DNA of 64,000 nucleotides from an uncultured Bdellovibrio sp. (GTDB lineage Bacteria > Bdellovibrionota > Bdellovibrionia > Bdellovibrionales > Bdellovibrionaceae), in NCBI GenBank assembly GCA_963932905.1, contig CAWVRN010000002.1, positions 1-64,000 of the forward strand, written 5' to 3'. The translations under genes and the position numbers were made by a program. Of the stretch, positions 50,023-60,082 are shown one piece after another. The notes under the pieces are model-generated. The model made no database searches and was not told where the DNA came from. It saw nothing but the letters and a program-made list of their open reading frames with translations. Positions within the stretch are counted from its first letter, which is position 1, and each line of letters opens with the position of its first letter.

Positions 50023-50178
50023 TTGATTTTCCAAGGTTATTGGGTTTTTACCCAGGGTTTCTAAGATTTATATTTAAAACTTTAGACTGGGTCAAAGTAT
50101 TAATTGAACTATTATCTGGCAAATTAGTTTAAAAAGATGTAAACCTAATATAGCGTTTATTTATATTTGGAGGTTAAG

Positions 50179-50928
50179 ATGAACGAAACTCTACTGCTCT
50201 CTGGAGGCTACAATAGGCCCAACCTCGCAACTGGACCTGCTTATAGTACTCCGTCGTCTGGCGGCCTCATGCAGCCATTCGAAAAACAAAGCGAAATCCC
50301 TTATGAAATTATTCATGTCAAAGAAGGGGATGTTATCTTTAGGGAAGGCGAACCAACTCGTGGACTGTTCTATGTTCAGTCTGGGTGTATCAAGATGTAT
50401 GTTAACCGTAGTCAGGCACGTGGTCGTACCACAACTCCTGAATATGTGACTAAGCTTGTGGGACCTGGCGAATACTTTGGATACAAATCACTAGTTAAAG
50501 GTGGACCTACTTTAGCGACAGCTAAAGCAATCAAAACATCGACGGTTTGGTTGTACTCTAAAGAAATGGTGCTGTCGGCACTGCAGGATTCAAGTCCTTT
50601 GTTTAAAGTACTTTTGAATCAATCCGTTGCGGATTTAGAAGCTTACGAAATGACAAGTCAGCTTCACTATCTAGCTTCGGTGCAAGAAAGAATTGCGCAT
50701 CAGTTAGTATTGTTGAGCGATAAATTTGGCGTGCAAACTCCAAATGGCGTATCAATCAATTTAAAACTGACTCGTAATGAATTCGCGCAGTTAGCTAGCA
50801 CAATCAATGAATCACTGTCTCGTCATTTGACCGAATTCAAAACCGAAGGTTTGATCGATCTAAACGGGAAAGAAATCATCATCAAGAACCGCGAGGGCTT
50901 GATGGCGAAATCGGGTAACTATAAATAG
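50179..50928 (+). CDS. Crp/Fnr-family transcriptional regulator
   Basis: cNMP-binding fold (IFREGE, GEYFG); HTH LTRNEFAQLASTINESLSR; GGAGG RBS; no FNR Cys cluster. Confidence 0.9.
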   Translation: MNETLLLSGGYNRPNLATGPAYSTPSSGGLMQPFEKQSEIPYEIIHVKEGDVIFREGEPTRGLFYVQSGCIKMYVNRSQARGRTTTPEYVTKLVGPGEYFGYKSLVKGGPTLATAKAIKTSTVWLYSKEMVLSALQDSSPLFKVLLNQSVADLEAYEMTSQLHYLASVQERIAHQLVLLSDKFGVQTPNGVSINLKLTRNEFAQLASTINESLSRHLTEFKTEGLIDLNGKEIIIKNREGLMAKSGNYK

Positions 50929-51024
50929 CGATTCATGAGTAAAAAGTTCCAGCTCGGTGGTCATCCATTACCCATGGGAATTTTCTCTATAGAAATCGGA
51001 AACTATACTGTATAGGTAGTTTCC

Positions 51025-51735
51025 ATGGGAATGACCATAGAGCCAATTGGCGTTTTGGAATCGTGTTATTTAGATAAGTTTGGTACCCCCCGACAGCCGG
51101 GATTGGTGCCGACTTCGTTTGGTCGCATCCGTATTTTTCCCGAATGGCAACCGGCAGATTCTCTGCAAGGGTTAGAAGAATTTTCCCATATCTGGGTGCT
51201 ATTTCATTTTCATCAAAATCAAGTTTCTAGTTTCAAAGCCAAGGTTCATCCTCCTCGTATGGGTGGGCAAAAGATAGGGGTTTTCGCAACAAGGTCGCCT
51301 CATCGTCCAAATCCAATTGGTTTATCGCTAGTAAAATTGGACCGTATTCAAGATGGGTATATCTATATATCTGGGATTGATATTGTCGATGGAACGCCCG
51401 TGTTTGATGTGAAGCCCTATTTAAGCTACGTGGAATCTATACCAGATGCGGTTTCTGGGTGGGTTCAAAAGAAAGTGGACGGGGATATTGAAGTGGCTTT
51501 CCCAGAGGCTTTTGAAAAAAAAATGGCGACTATTCAAAAGAAGCATCCGCAGTTTCGCGAACTTGTGGTCAGCACGTTGAAATTAGACCCACGACCGACA
51601 GTCTACAAAGGCTATGAAGCTGAAAAAAACTCTCCGTATCGTCAAAAGCATGCTGTAAGAATTATCCAGTACGATATTCATTTTGAATTTATTTCCAAGG
51701 ATCAAATTCAAGTTATCGATATAGTTGACCTTTAA
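51025..51735 (+). CDS. trmO: tRNA (N6-threonylcarbamoyl-A37)-methyltransferase TrmO/TsaA
   Basis: KFGTPRQPGL, GVFATRSPHRPNPIGLS, DGTPVFDVKPY, DPRP. Confidence 0.93.
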   Translation: MGMTIEPIGVLESCYLDKFGTPRQPGLVPTSFGRIRIFPEWQPADSLQGLEEFSHIWVLFHFHQNQVSSFKAKVHPPRMGGQKIGVFATRSPHRPNPIGLSLVKLDRIQDGYIYISGIDIVDGTPVFDVKPYLSYVESIPDAVSGWVQKKVDGDIEVAFPEAFEKKMATIQKKHPQFRELVVSTLKLDPRPTVYKGYEAEKNSPYRQKHAVRIIQYDIHFEFISKDQIQVIDIVDL

Positions 51736-51832
51736 TTAATACACTGGAATTTCACCAAGAATAATTTTCTAGCCTATTGCGTATTTTTGTCGCACATTTT
51801 ATAGTGTGCGTTATAAACGTCTAAGGGGTCAT

Positions 51833-52813
51833 ATGTCATTAGAAACATCGAAACACGAATCAAGAACATCGGCTCAACCTAAAGAAACTCTACGTAAAGT
51901 TCCTACGTTAAGTTTGAAAGACTACACTCACGGTAGTGAAGAGCAAAAAAACCAATTCATTCTTGGTTTGTTTAACGGAATCAAAGACTACGGTTTCATC
52001 ATTCTAAAGGACCACCCAGTACGCGCTGAACTTATTAATCGCGCTTATGAAATTCTAGAGGCGTTTTACAAATTACCTACTGAAGCAAAAAAGAAATATA
52101 TATCTCCCGCTGGTGGCGGACAAAAAGGTTACACTCCGTTTGGTAAAGAACACGCTAAAGACGCATCGGTAATGGATTTAAAAGAATTCTACCATGTTGG
52201 TCGTGAAACGGCTGACGAGAAAAATATTTGGCCAACGGAAATGCCCGAATTCAAATTGATTTTCTCGCAGTTATACAATGATCTAGAAAAAGCGGGCATG
52301 ATCATGATGGAAGCTTTGACTGGTCCACTTCAAGTTGAGAAAGATTTTTTCACTAAAAAGGTGACTGGCGGAGTTTCTATTCTAAGACTTCTTCATTACC
52401 CACCAATTCCTGAAGGTGTTGATCCACGTTGTTTACGTGCGGCTCCACACGAAGATATTAATTTTATCACTTTACTTCCAGCGGCCACTGCTTCTGGTTT
52501 GCAATTAAAAGATAGAAATGGCGAATGGTTAGATGTTGTTTCTGAGAACAATACTTTGATCGTTGATGCTGGCGATATGTTAGCTCGTATGACGAACGAT
52601 GTGATTCCATCAACAACTCACCAAGTTGTAAACACAGAAGAGGGTCGTGTGAAGAGCCGCTATTCAATGCCATTCTTCATGCACCCACGTCCAGAAGCTA
52701 GTCTTGCGTGCTTGCCATCGTGCCGTGGTGATAAAGAAAAATATCCACCGATCACAGCGGGCGAGTTTTTAACTCAGCGATTGATCGAAATCGGTTTGTT
52801 ACCGAAACAATAG
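51833..52813 (+). CDS. 2-oxoglutarate/Fe(II) oxygenase (isopenicillin N synthase family)
   Basis: DLKEFY, LRLLHYP, HEDI, STTHQV, RYS. Confidence 0.9.
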   Translation: MSLETSKHESRTSAQPKETLRKVPTLSLKDYTHGSEEQKNQFILGLFNGIKDYGFIILKDHPVRAELINRAYEILEAFYKLPTEAKKKYISPAGGGQKGYTPFGKEHAKDASVMDLKEFYHVGRETADEKNIWPTEMPEFKLIFSQLYNDLEKAGMIMMEALTGPLQVEKDFFTKKVTGGVSILRLLHYPPIPEGVDPRCLRAAPHEDINFITLLPAATASGLQLKDRNGEWLDVVSENNTLIVDAGDMLARMTNDVIPSTTHQVVNTEEGRVKSRYSMPFFMHPRPEASLACLPSCRGDKEKYPPITAGEFLTQRLIEIGLLPKQ

Positions 52814-52816
52814 TAA

Positions 52817-53743
52817 TTGTTCTTTAAGGGTTGGCGTTTCGCCGGGGGCTATTTGAAGAAATTTTTTGTATTAATATTTTTATTCCAAAGTGTTTCTTCT
52901 CTAGCTCAAGTGGCGGCTAATACCGATTTGCCTGAAGTAAAACTGCGCATGATTTATATGAATCGTGATTCATTTATTAAACCGTGTGCAGCGAATCCGT
53001 CACCGTGTGGTTTGACTCCGGCGGAATTAAAACAAGCTACTGATCTATTGGCGGCTTCGCCGATGTTTCAAGGCCTTGAATTTACGAGTTCGTCATGGAT
53101 GCCTCAGTTGCCAACGACGCCGGGAACTGGCCGACAAACTCCATTGTATACATCTGAAAAAATGATGGGTGCAAAAATCATGGTGAACAGCGCGCGGTTG
53201 TTAAATGCGCCGTTTAAACCCGTGGCTCCGTTTGAATTGTATGTAGAATCAATGCTGGGTTATATGTTTTTTCAGCCGTCTCAGAAACTAGCACCAACTG
53301 CGGCGTTGGCGAAAAAGTTTTCTTTGTTCTGGGGGCAGCTATTTAAATCCTATGGTTTAGATCAACTCAAAGAAGATCGTATTGAACTTTTGGTTTTCAA
53401 AAACAAAGAAGTTCGTGTGATGTTACTAGATTCGTATCAAGCTCATTTTCTAAATCCCTACATTTTGAAAAATTTGAAATGTGATGCTGGTTCCGCAGCT
53501 AATTTATTGACGAGCTATTCAAATTTAGGTTGGACGCAGTACAAACCGAGCACAACGGGTTCTAAAGCTAGTGGTCGTATGCAGGTCACTTATGAATGTG
53601 CGTCTTCATCGGCCAGACAAGCGATGGCTGCTGAGTTAACATTTGAAACTGAGTTCCTTGGCGCCGATAAAAAACAATGGAACAACGCTAACTTTCTTGT
53701 GAAGGTGGGCGCCTCTCGTCGTGGTGGAGCCGTTCGTAGATGA
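52817..53743 (+). CDS. Hypothetical secreted protein
   Basis: Signal-like SLA|Q; paired Cys; overlaps the next start. Confidence 0.7.
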   Translation: MFFKGWRFAGGYLKKFFVLIFLFQSVSSLAQVAANTDLPEVKLRMIYMNRDSFIKPCAANPSPCGLTPAELKQATDLLAASPMFQGLEFTSSSWMPQLPTTPGTGRQTPLYTSEKMMGAKIMVNSARLLNAPFKPVAPFELYVESMLGYMFFQPSQKLAPTAALAKKFSLFWGQLFKSYGLDQLKEDRIELLVFKNKEVRVMLLDSYQAHFLNPYILKNLKCDAGSAANLLTSYSNLGWTQYKPSTTGSKASGRMQVTYECASSSARQAMAAELTFETEFLGADKKQWNNANFLVKVGASRRGGAVRR

Positions 53744-54480
53744 GATTTTATCTAATCATCACTATCGTTGCCGTTTCTATGTACTTGCTGCTTAGACCAA
53801 GTGGTTCGCCATCGACGACGGATTCGACGAGTGCCTCGGTCTCGGAATCGACAGCGTCAGTGGAAGCTGCCGAGCCTTCTTCGGCAGCGGCCTCATCCAT
53901 GGTGAGCCAGCCAGCTATATCTGTACCGGCCGTTCCTGCGGATGCTGATAGCGGTGTCATCGGCCGAAGCAACATAGCTTTGATGTTGAATAAACTGAGT
54001 GAGTGCACAGAAATCAAAAATACTGTTCCGTCGGGTCCTGTGGAACCCGTGTTGTCTTCGGTGTTGGATTCAGTTCAAGCGGAATTGGGCGAACCGGTCA
54101 TTCGATCTGAAGACTGGAATACGACGGAAATCAACACGGCCGATGGTGGCAAACGGGTTATTAAAATTGAAACTGTATACGAAGATGATGATATCATTAA
54201 ACGTCTTAAATACTATCAAGTGACAGGCGATGCGCTCGTTCCGTTAGAACTAACATCGGAACAATCCGTTAATCCATCGGAAACGTTTTTAGCCTCTTTA
54301 GAAAAAGAAGGCGAAGTCAGCAGCCGTGAGCGCAGTGAACGTGTATTTTTTCAAAACGGAGAGGAAGTTACGTACACTGAACGTAACGGCAAATTACTGA
54401 ATACTGAAATCATTCGCGCGGGTAAATCCTTAAAGTGTAATGATTACGGCATGTCTTCGTTTAAGTGTCAGTGTTTTTAA
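53740..54480 (+). CDS. Hypothetical membrane-anchored protein
   Basis: N-terminal TM, Ser/Ala linker, C-terminal CQCF. Confidence 0.7.
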   Translation: MRFYLIITIVAVSMYLLLRPSGSPSTTDSTSASVSESTASVEAAEPSSAAASSMVSQPAISVPAVPADADSGVIGRSNIALMLNKLSECTEIKNTVPSGPVEPVLSSVLDSVQAELGEPVIRSEDWNTTEINTADGGKRVIKIETVYEDDDIIKRLKYYQVTGDALVPLELTSEQSVNPSETFLASLEKEGEVSSRERSERVFFQNGEEVTYTERNGKLLNTEIIRAGKSLKCNDYGMSSFKCQCF

Positions 54481-54758
54481 TCTTGCGCTTCTAATTTTTT
54501 TATATTTTCTTGGGTTTGTTTTAATAGTTTTTGGTTCTCTTGTTCAATTTTGACCAGATTTTCTTTATCTCTTTTTGACAAGTCGGATCGTTTGTGGAGA
54601 TCTTTGTAAGTCTTGCGGCTGTCTTTTGCGAACTGGACGACGAGTTTCATTTCCTCTATGACCTTACGGTTGAGCTTTTCGGTGTCGGATTCTTTTTTTG
54701 ATTTGATAGCACCGAGAGATTGGATTGCGATGAATAATATTAAAATACATTTTGCCAT
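54477..54758 (-). CDS. Small exported coiled-coil protein
   Basis: Start at MAKCILIL; Lys/Glu heptads. Confidence 0.55.
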   Translation of the reverse strand: MAKCILILFIAIQSLGAIKSKKESDTEKLNRKVIEEMKLVVQFAKDSRKTYKDLHKRSDLSKRDKENLVKIEQENQKLLKQTQENIKKLEAQD

Positions 54759-54842
54759 GTCTTCGAGCTTATCAAAGAGTTGGCCGTAACTTGATGTAAG
54801 TGATTTGGATTTAGAATTCGAAATTTGATTTGGCCGAAAGCG

Positions 54843-54873
54843 AAAAAAGGCGCCGGACAAAATCCAGCGCCTT
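54843..54873 (-). terminator. valS terminator
   Basis: Minus strand AAGGCGCTGGA-TTTTG-TCCGGCGCCTTTTTT. Confidence 0.75.
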
Positions 54874-54887
54874 GAAATAGAAACTAG

Positions 54888-57602
54888 CTAATTCTGAAAA
54901 CGAACCAAAGATTCTTGTAGGGCTACGATGCGAACTTTAGATTGCTCTAATAGTTCACGGTCAGCCTTAACAACCTCTTCATCGGCGTTGGCTAAGAATT
55001 TTTCGTTGCTAAGTTTGCCGCTTAGGATGCTGATATCTTTTTGCAGTTTTTCAACCAGCTTTTGGATACGTTTCACTTCTTCTTCGATGTCTACAATGCC
55101 TTCCAGTGGAATGATCACTTTGGCTGCTAGACCTGCCTGTGCGATCGAATTTACAGCGCATTTTGACATGTTTCCTTCGGCACCGATTTGGGTCACTTCA
55201 ACGCGGGCCAGTGTTTCGATCACTGTTTTGTTTTCGCCCACGATTTTTTGTGCGCGTTCTTCATCGATACCGATTCTGATTTTTAATTTCTCGGCAGGAG
55301 AAATTCTGTTTTCACCTCGGATATTGCGAATCGCTGAAATGATGTCTTTGATGAAATCCACTTCTTGCGAAACGGCTTCGGAACCGAATTCTAATAATGC
55401 CCGATCAGAACGAATGTTTGGATACGCATCCGTGATACACGCTGTATTTCTGATAGGAAGCTTTTGGTAAATTTCTTCCGTGATGAACGGGCAGAATGGG
55501 TGAAGCAAGCGGATGAAACGATTCATCACTTGCGCCATCACCAACTGAGTCGCCTTGCGCTCATTTTGACGATCGCTGGTTAGAATTGGTTTCGAGAATT
55601 CGATGTACCAATCACAGAATTCATTCCAAATGAATTGGTATAAAGCCGTTGCAGCGTCGGAGAAACGTTCTTGTTCTAACGCCTCTTCGATATTTTTTTC
55701 TAACACACCCAGTTTAGTCAGGATCCATTGATCAAATAAACTCATGTAGGCTTTTTGTGGAAGCGCTTTTTCTTTTTCCGCAGGAACTTCGAAATCTTTT
55801 AAGTGAGTCAGCGCATAGCGGGACGCATTCCAGATTTTATTCATGAAATTGCGGTAGCCTTCTAAACGTTGTTCCGAGAATTTCAAATCACGGCCCGAGA
55901 ACAAGTGAGCTAAAAATGAAAAACGAAGTGCATCGGCACCGTGTTTTTCAATCATCTCTACAGGATCAACAGAATTACCAAGGCTCTTCGACATTTTCTG
56001 TCCATTGGCATCGCGAACTAATCCGTGGATATACACTGTACGGAACGGAACATCGCGCTTGAATTCAAGGCCCATCATAATCATGCGGGCTACCCAGAAG
56101 AAAATAATATCATGACCGGTAACTAAATAATTAGTAGGGTAGAATGTTTTCTGTGTTTCTGTATCATTCGGCCAGCCCATCGTTGAAAACGGCCATAGAG
56201 CAGAACTGAACCAAGTATCTAAAACGTCTTCATCCTGAGTGATATTTTTTTGTCCGCACTTTTCACACGCATGAGGCGCTGTTTCAGCCACAGTGATAGT
56301 GCCGCAATCCGCGCAGTTCCACGCCGGAATACGATGTCCCCACCAAAGCTGGCGAGAAATACACCAGTCTTCGATAATGTTCATCCAGTGAAGATAAACT
56401 TTTGTCCAACTTTCTGGCTCGAAACGGATGGTGCCGCTTTCAACTACGCGTTTCGCCGGCGTAGCTAAGTTTTCTGTTTTAACGAACCATTGCTCTGACA
56501 AGAATGGCTCAACAACGGCGCCGGAACGCGAGCAGTGACCAACAGAATGAACATGTGGTTCTTCTTTTTCCATCAAACCAAGTTCTTTTAATTTTTCTAC
56601 AACTTGTTTGCGGGCTTCTTGAACTTTAAGGCCTTTGTATGGGCCTGCGTTTTCATTAAGCTCCGTTTTTTTATCCAAGATGTTGATGAATTCTAATTTA
56701 TGTTTAACACCGATTTTGTAATCGTTGAAATCGTGCGCCGGAGTGATCTTCACAACGCCAGAACCGAATTCTTTATCCACATACGTGTCGGCAATTACAG
56801 GAATCGCGCGATTGATGATCGGGATGATTACCTTTTTGCCAACAAGATGTTTATAGCGTTCATCATCAGGGTGAACACAAACAGCCGAATCGCCCAGCAT
56901 AGTTTCTGGACGAGTCGTAGCGATCACAACGAAATCTGAAGTGCCTTGGATTTGGTACTTGATATGGTACATCGTACCTTTGATTTGTTTGTGTTCAACT
57001 TCAAGGTCTGAAATTGCGGTTTCTAAAGGACCGCTCCAGTTAACCAGGCGTTTGCCTTTATAGATCCAGCCTTTTTTGTAAAGGTGAACGAAAACTTTGT
57101 TAACGGCTTTGGAAACGTTGTCATCCAAAGTGAACGTTGCTCGTTCCCAATCACACGAATCACCTAGGCGACGCATTTGATTGTAAATGCGATCGCCGTA
57201 GAGTTTTTTCCATTCCCAAATTTTTTCCACGAATTTTTCGCGGCCTAATTGATGACGAGTAACATTTGTTTTCTTTAATTCTTTTTCAACAACCGTTTGA
57301 GTCGCGATACCGGCGTGATCAGTGCCCGGCAACCACATAACGTTGAAACCTTGCATCCGTTTCCAACGAACTAATAAATCCTGAATCGTGTGATCAAGCG
57401 CATGACCCATGTGCAAGAACCCAGTGACATTCGGCGGAGGCAAAATAATGCTAAACGGAGGCTTGTGAGATTGATCAACAGATTTAAAATAACCGCTACT
57501 TTCCCACCAAGTGTATATTTTAGTTTCAACTTCATTTGGGTGATAACGATCCGACAATTCATTTTGAGTATTTTGTGAATTCATAGGCTTGTAGGGTATC
57601 AT
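54888..57602 (-). CDS. valS: Valine--tRNA ligase
   Basis: PPNVTGFLHMGH, DHAGIATQ, WCISRQLWWGH, KMSKS. Confidence 0.98.
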   Translation of the reverse strand: MIPYKPMNSQNTQNELSDRYHPNEVETKIYTWWESSGYFKSVDQSHKPPFSIILPPPNVTGFLHMGHALDHTIQDLLVRWKRMQGFNVMWLPGTDHAGIATQTVVEKELKKTNVTRHQLGREKFVEKIWEWKKLYGDRIYNQMRRLGDSCDWERATFTLDDNVSKAVNKVFVHLYKKGWIYKGKRLVNWSGPLETAISDLEVEHKQIKGTMYHIKYQIQGTSDFVVIATTRPETMLGDSAVCVHPDDERYKHLVGKKVIIPIINRAIPVIADTYVDKEFGSGVVKITPAHDFNDYKIGVKHKLEFINILDKKTELNENAGPYKGLKVQEARKQVVEKLKELGLMEKEEPHVHSVGHCSRSGAVVEPFLSEQWFVKTENLATPAKRVVESGTIRFEPESWTKVYLHWMNIIEDWCISRQLWWGHRIPAWNCADCGTITVAETAPHACEKCGQKNITQDEDVLDTWFSSALWPFSTMGWPNDTETQKTFYPTNYLVTGHDIIFFWVARMIMMGLEFKRDVPFRTVYIHGLVRDANGQKMSKSLGNSVDPVEMIEKHGADALRFSFLAHLFSGRDLKFSEQRLEGYRNFMNKIWNASRYALTHLKDFEVPAEKEKALPQKAYMSLFDQWILTKLGVLEKNIEEALEQERFSDAATALYQFIWNEFCDWYIEFSKPILTSDRQNERKATQLVMAQVMNRFIRLLHPFCPFITEEIYQKLPIRNTACITDAYPNIRSDRALLEFGSEAVSQEVDFIKDIISAIRNIRGENRISPAEKLKIRIGIDEERAQKIVGENKTVIETLARVEVTQIGAEGNMSKCAVNSIAQAGLAAKVIIPLEGIVDIEEEVKRIQKLVEKLQKDISILSGKLSNEKFLANADEEVVKADRELLEQSKVRIVALQESLVRFQN

Positions 57603-57633
57603 AAGTAGCCGGCATCATTCAACTTATAGGAGG

Positions 57634-58407
57634 CTAGGGCTGGGTCTGACCGGACGCACAACATTTGTAGTATAGCTCGATATTGCCCTGAGAGAGACTG
57701 TCATAAAAAACACTCTGACTTGTGTATTGAGTTTTTGCTACATGGGCTTGCTCCGACATAGAGGGGCTTAAAATCACTTTACGAGACGGATGAACAGTTA
57801 CCGGCAAGACTAGATCAGAATATTCCGTTAGCTTTTGCGTGAGCAGTTGGTAGGTCCAATGGGATAGATATGTTTTTACATATTTAGCATTAAAGAAATC
57901 CTGTATAAATAGTGTTTTCTGACTGTCAGAGTAAGATCCGATTCTGATTTCCGTTTGGTTCAAAACGGTTTTGTAAGGCGAATCCTCATAGAACTCTAGA
58001 TCGAAGTCAGAAAATGTCTTAATAGCTGCCTCGAAGGTGATCAAATGATCGATATGCCAACCAATGCCCAAAGGAGAATAGATCTTTACTGCCTTAGGGA
58101 TTTCATTTTTTAGACGTCTTAGTTCGTCGATCAGTTGCTTGATAGTTTGAGCTTCTTCGGAAATATTTTGAAACAAAACATCTGAACTGCCTCTACGAAT
58201 TGGTGCGTCTTCAAATCCGAGAAGTCGCTGAGTACACCCTAAAATTCGAGTCGCTTTGAAATCTTCGTTGATTCTGTCGCGATTGCCCTCAGAAAAAACA
58301 GTGACGATTTCGACATCATCCCCTTGATCCACGCACTGTTGAATCCGACCCGCGCAGGAAAAAATAGCATCATCTAAATGTGGTGATAAGAAAACTACTC
58401 GTCCCAT
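57634..58407 (-). CDS. PIG-L/LmbE-family deacetylase
   Basis: SPHLDDA, HIDH, FYEDSPY, YTSQ. Confidence 0.9.
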   Translation of the reverse strand: MGRVVFLSPHLDDAIFSCAGRIQQCVDQGDDVEIVTVFSEGNRDRINEDFKATRILGCTQRLLGFEDAPIRRGSSDVLFQNISEEAQTIKQLIDELRRLKNEIPKAVKIYSPLGIGWHIDHLITFEAAIKTFSDFDLEFYEDSPYKTVLNQTEIRIGSYSDSQKTLFIQDFFNAKYVKTYLSHWTYQLLTQKLTEYSDLVLPVTVHPSRKVILSPSMSEQAHVAKTQYTSQSVFYDSLSQGNIELYYKCCASGQTQP

Positions 58408-59135
58408 AGTGCCGCTCCGACACCGTAGCCAAGTGTCACAATAAGACTTTTACCGGGAACAAGGTGATTCTGTTCGTAGATTTGCCTGGCTGTTAAAACA
58501 GCATCATTCATAAATTCTATGTCCGCGTTGGTAATTCCGGCAAAAAGATTTTTTAGATTGCCCTCTAAACCCTCATAGGTCGATGGTTCGGCGTTTAGCT
58601 GATGATCCATTTTTAAAGGCAGTGCTAGGCCAATTTTTTTAGGTGAGGACTGGCCCAGTAGTTTTGAAAATTGGTTTCTAATTTTGATTTTACTGTCTGT
58701 ATTTGAAATATTTTGCGGAGATGTCGAACACCTGATTGGAAATTGATTTAGGTCTCTTTGCCATACCTGTTTTCCTTTAGGTGTATAGCATTTAATAGTT
58801 GTTTGACCCCAATCAATAGTGACATCGTAGGCATAAAGGCAAGTAAGGTCTTCGATTAACTTGATATCAAAGGGCAGATCTGTGTTTGCCAACTTTTTGA
58901 AAATCAATTGCGCTTTGCCACCGGCCAAGTAAAGGGTTTTAAAATTCTTTGCGTGAACTAAAGCGCTCTGGTCGGATTCATACAGTACAGTTGCAGTTCC
59001 GCGATACAATTTGCTTAAAAACTCAAACAACGCCAAATCTAAATAGTCTTCGGCCACCTTGAACAATGATCCCTGTGAGGTTTGACCATGCCAAATTTCA
59101 AGAGGTCGCAATTTTGGATGCTCATAGAGCCTCAT
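58395..59135 (-). CDS. Divergent ROK-family sugar kinase-like protein
   Basis: IDWGQTTIK, GLALP, MNDAVL, VTLGYGVGAAL; ATG 59135 overlaps the upstream TGA. Confidence 0.7.
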   Translation of the reverse strand: MRLYEHPKLRPLEIWHGQTSQGSLFKVAEDYLDLALFEFLSKLYRGTATVLYESDQSALVHAKNFKTLYLAGGKAQLIFKKLANTDLPFDIKLIEDLTCLYAYDVTIDWGQTTIKCYTPKGKQVWQRDLNQFPIRCSTSPQNISNTDSKIKIRNQFSKLLGQSSPKKIGLALPLKMDHQLNAEPSTYEGLEGNLKNLFAGITNADIEFMNDAVLTARQIYEQNHLVPGKSLIVTLGYGVGAALWDE

Positions 59136-60082
59136 GTTAAATCCTTGGTTTCTACCACTGGCTTCCAAGTGGGGCAGTACTGTTTTGATAAATATCTGTA
59201 GTAAAATTTTTCCAATTCATAGCCTGCTTTGCAAAGATACAGACCTATTAGAAATAACATGTAGTAGCTGATTTCAGAAATAGGACGATTGAGAATTAGT
59301 TTTTTCTGTAATCGGCGCCTTCCGAAATTTTGATGCGTTTTAACCGTTTCAGGAAAAAAATAATTTAAACGTTCAATTTCCAATTTCATTCTTTGGTACT
59401 TTCTATACATTCCCTGCAATGTTTCAGGTGGGCGATACCATATTGCAGTTTGAGTGCAGAAAATACTTTCTGGTCCGTAGCGTTTTAACAAATCACGTGA
59501 AATAAAAATATCGTCACAGCGTATTCCGGCTTCTAAATTAAGAAAATTGTCATTGTCTTCGGCGTTCCAAATCAAAGATGTCTTTTCGGGAATGGACCAA
59601 TTGCGAATGGCAAACAGCTGACCATTAAGATACTGCCGACGGTTTTGATAACCATTGTTTAAATTGTAAAGATAAAGTGCGCGAGCCAGAGGTGATTTGC
59701 GCTTTGGTTGCAAAGGGTATTTTTCCGAGTAGGCCACTTGCAAATTATTATTTTCTATCATGCTTTTGCAGATTTCAGTAATGCAATCTTTTTCAATGAT
59801 TAAATCAGCATCGCTAAAAATCAAAAATGAAGCCTCCGGTTTCATTTTTTTTAAAAAACGTTGAGCTTCAACCAGTCCACCAGTGGTATGCCACACATTG
59901 ATAAACGGAACTGTATTTAGAAAAACTTCAGAGTCATCGGAATTATCATTCAGTAATGCATGAACTTCAAATTGAATTCCTAGTTGAGTTGTTGCAAAGT
60001 CGACCGATTCTTTTAAACTGGCAATTAAAACCGGTAGGTTTTTGGATTCATTCTTGGCTGTGATTCCAATTGGAATGATCAT
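59132..60082 (-). CDS. GT2/GT-A glycosyltransferase
   Basis: GITAKNE, FSDAD (DxD), NGQLFAIR, CDDIFI. Confidence 0.8.
   Translation of the reverse strand: MIIPIGITAKNESKNLPVLIASLKESVDFATTQLGIQFEVHALLNDNSDDSEVFLNTVPFINVWHTTGGLVEAQRFLKKMKPEASFLIFSDADLIIEKDCITEICKSMIENNNLQVAYSEKYPLQPKRKSPLARALYLYNLNNGYQNRRQYLNGQLFAIRNWSIPEKTSLIWNAEDNDNFLNLEAGIRCDDIFISRDLLKRYGPESIFCTQTAIWYRPPETLQGMYRKYQRMKLEIERLNYFFPETVKTHQNFGRRRLQKKLILNRPISEISYYMLFLIGLYLCKAGYELEKFYYRYLSKQYCPTWKPVVETKDLT

Noticed and set aside
51833..52813. Beta-lactam biosynthesis (IPNS)
   Set aside because: Generic 2OG-Fe(II) oxygenase on the opposite strand, separated from the AsnB cluster by valS; no ACV synthetase.
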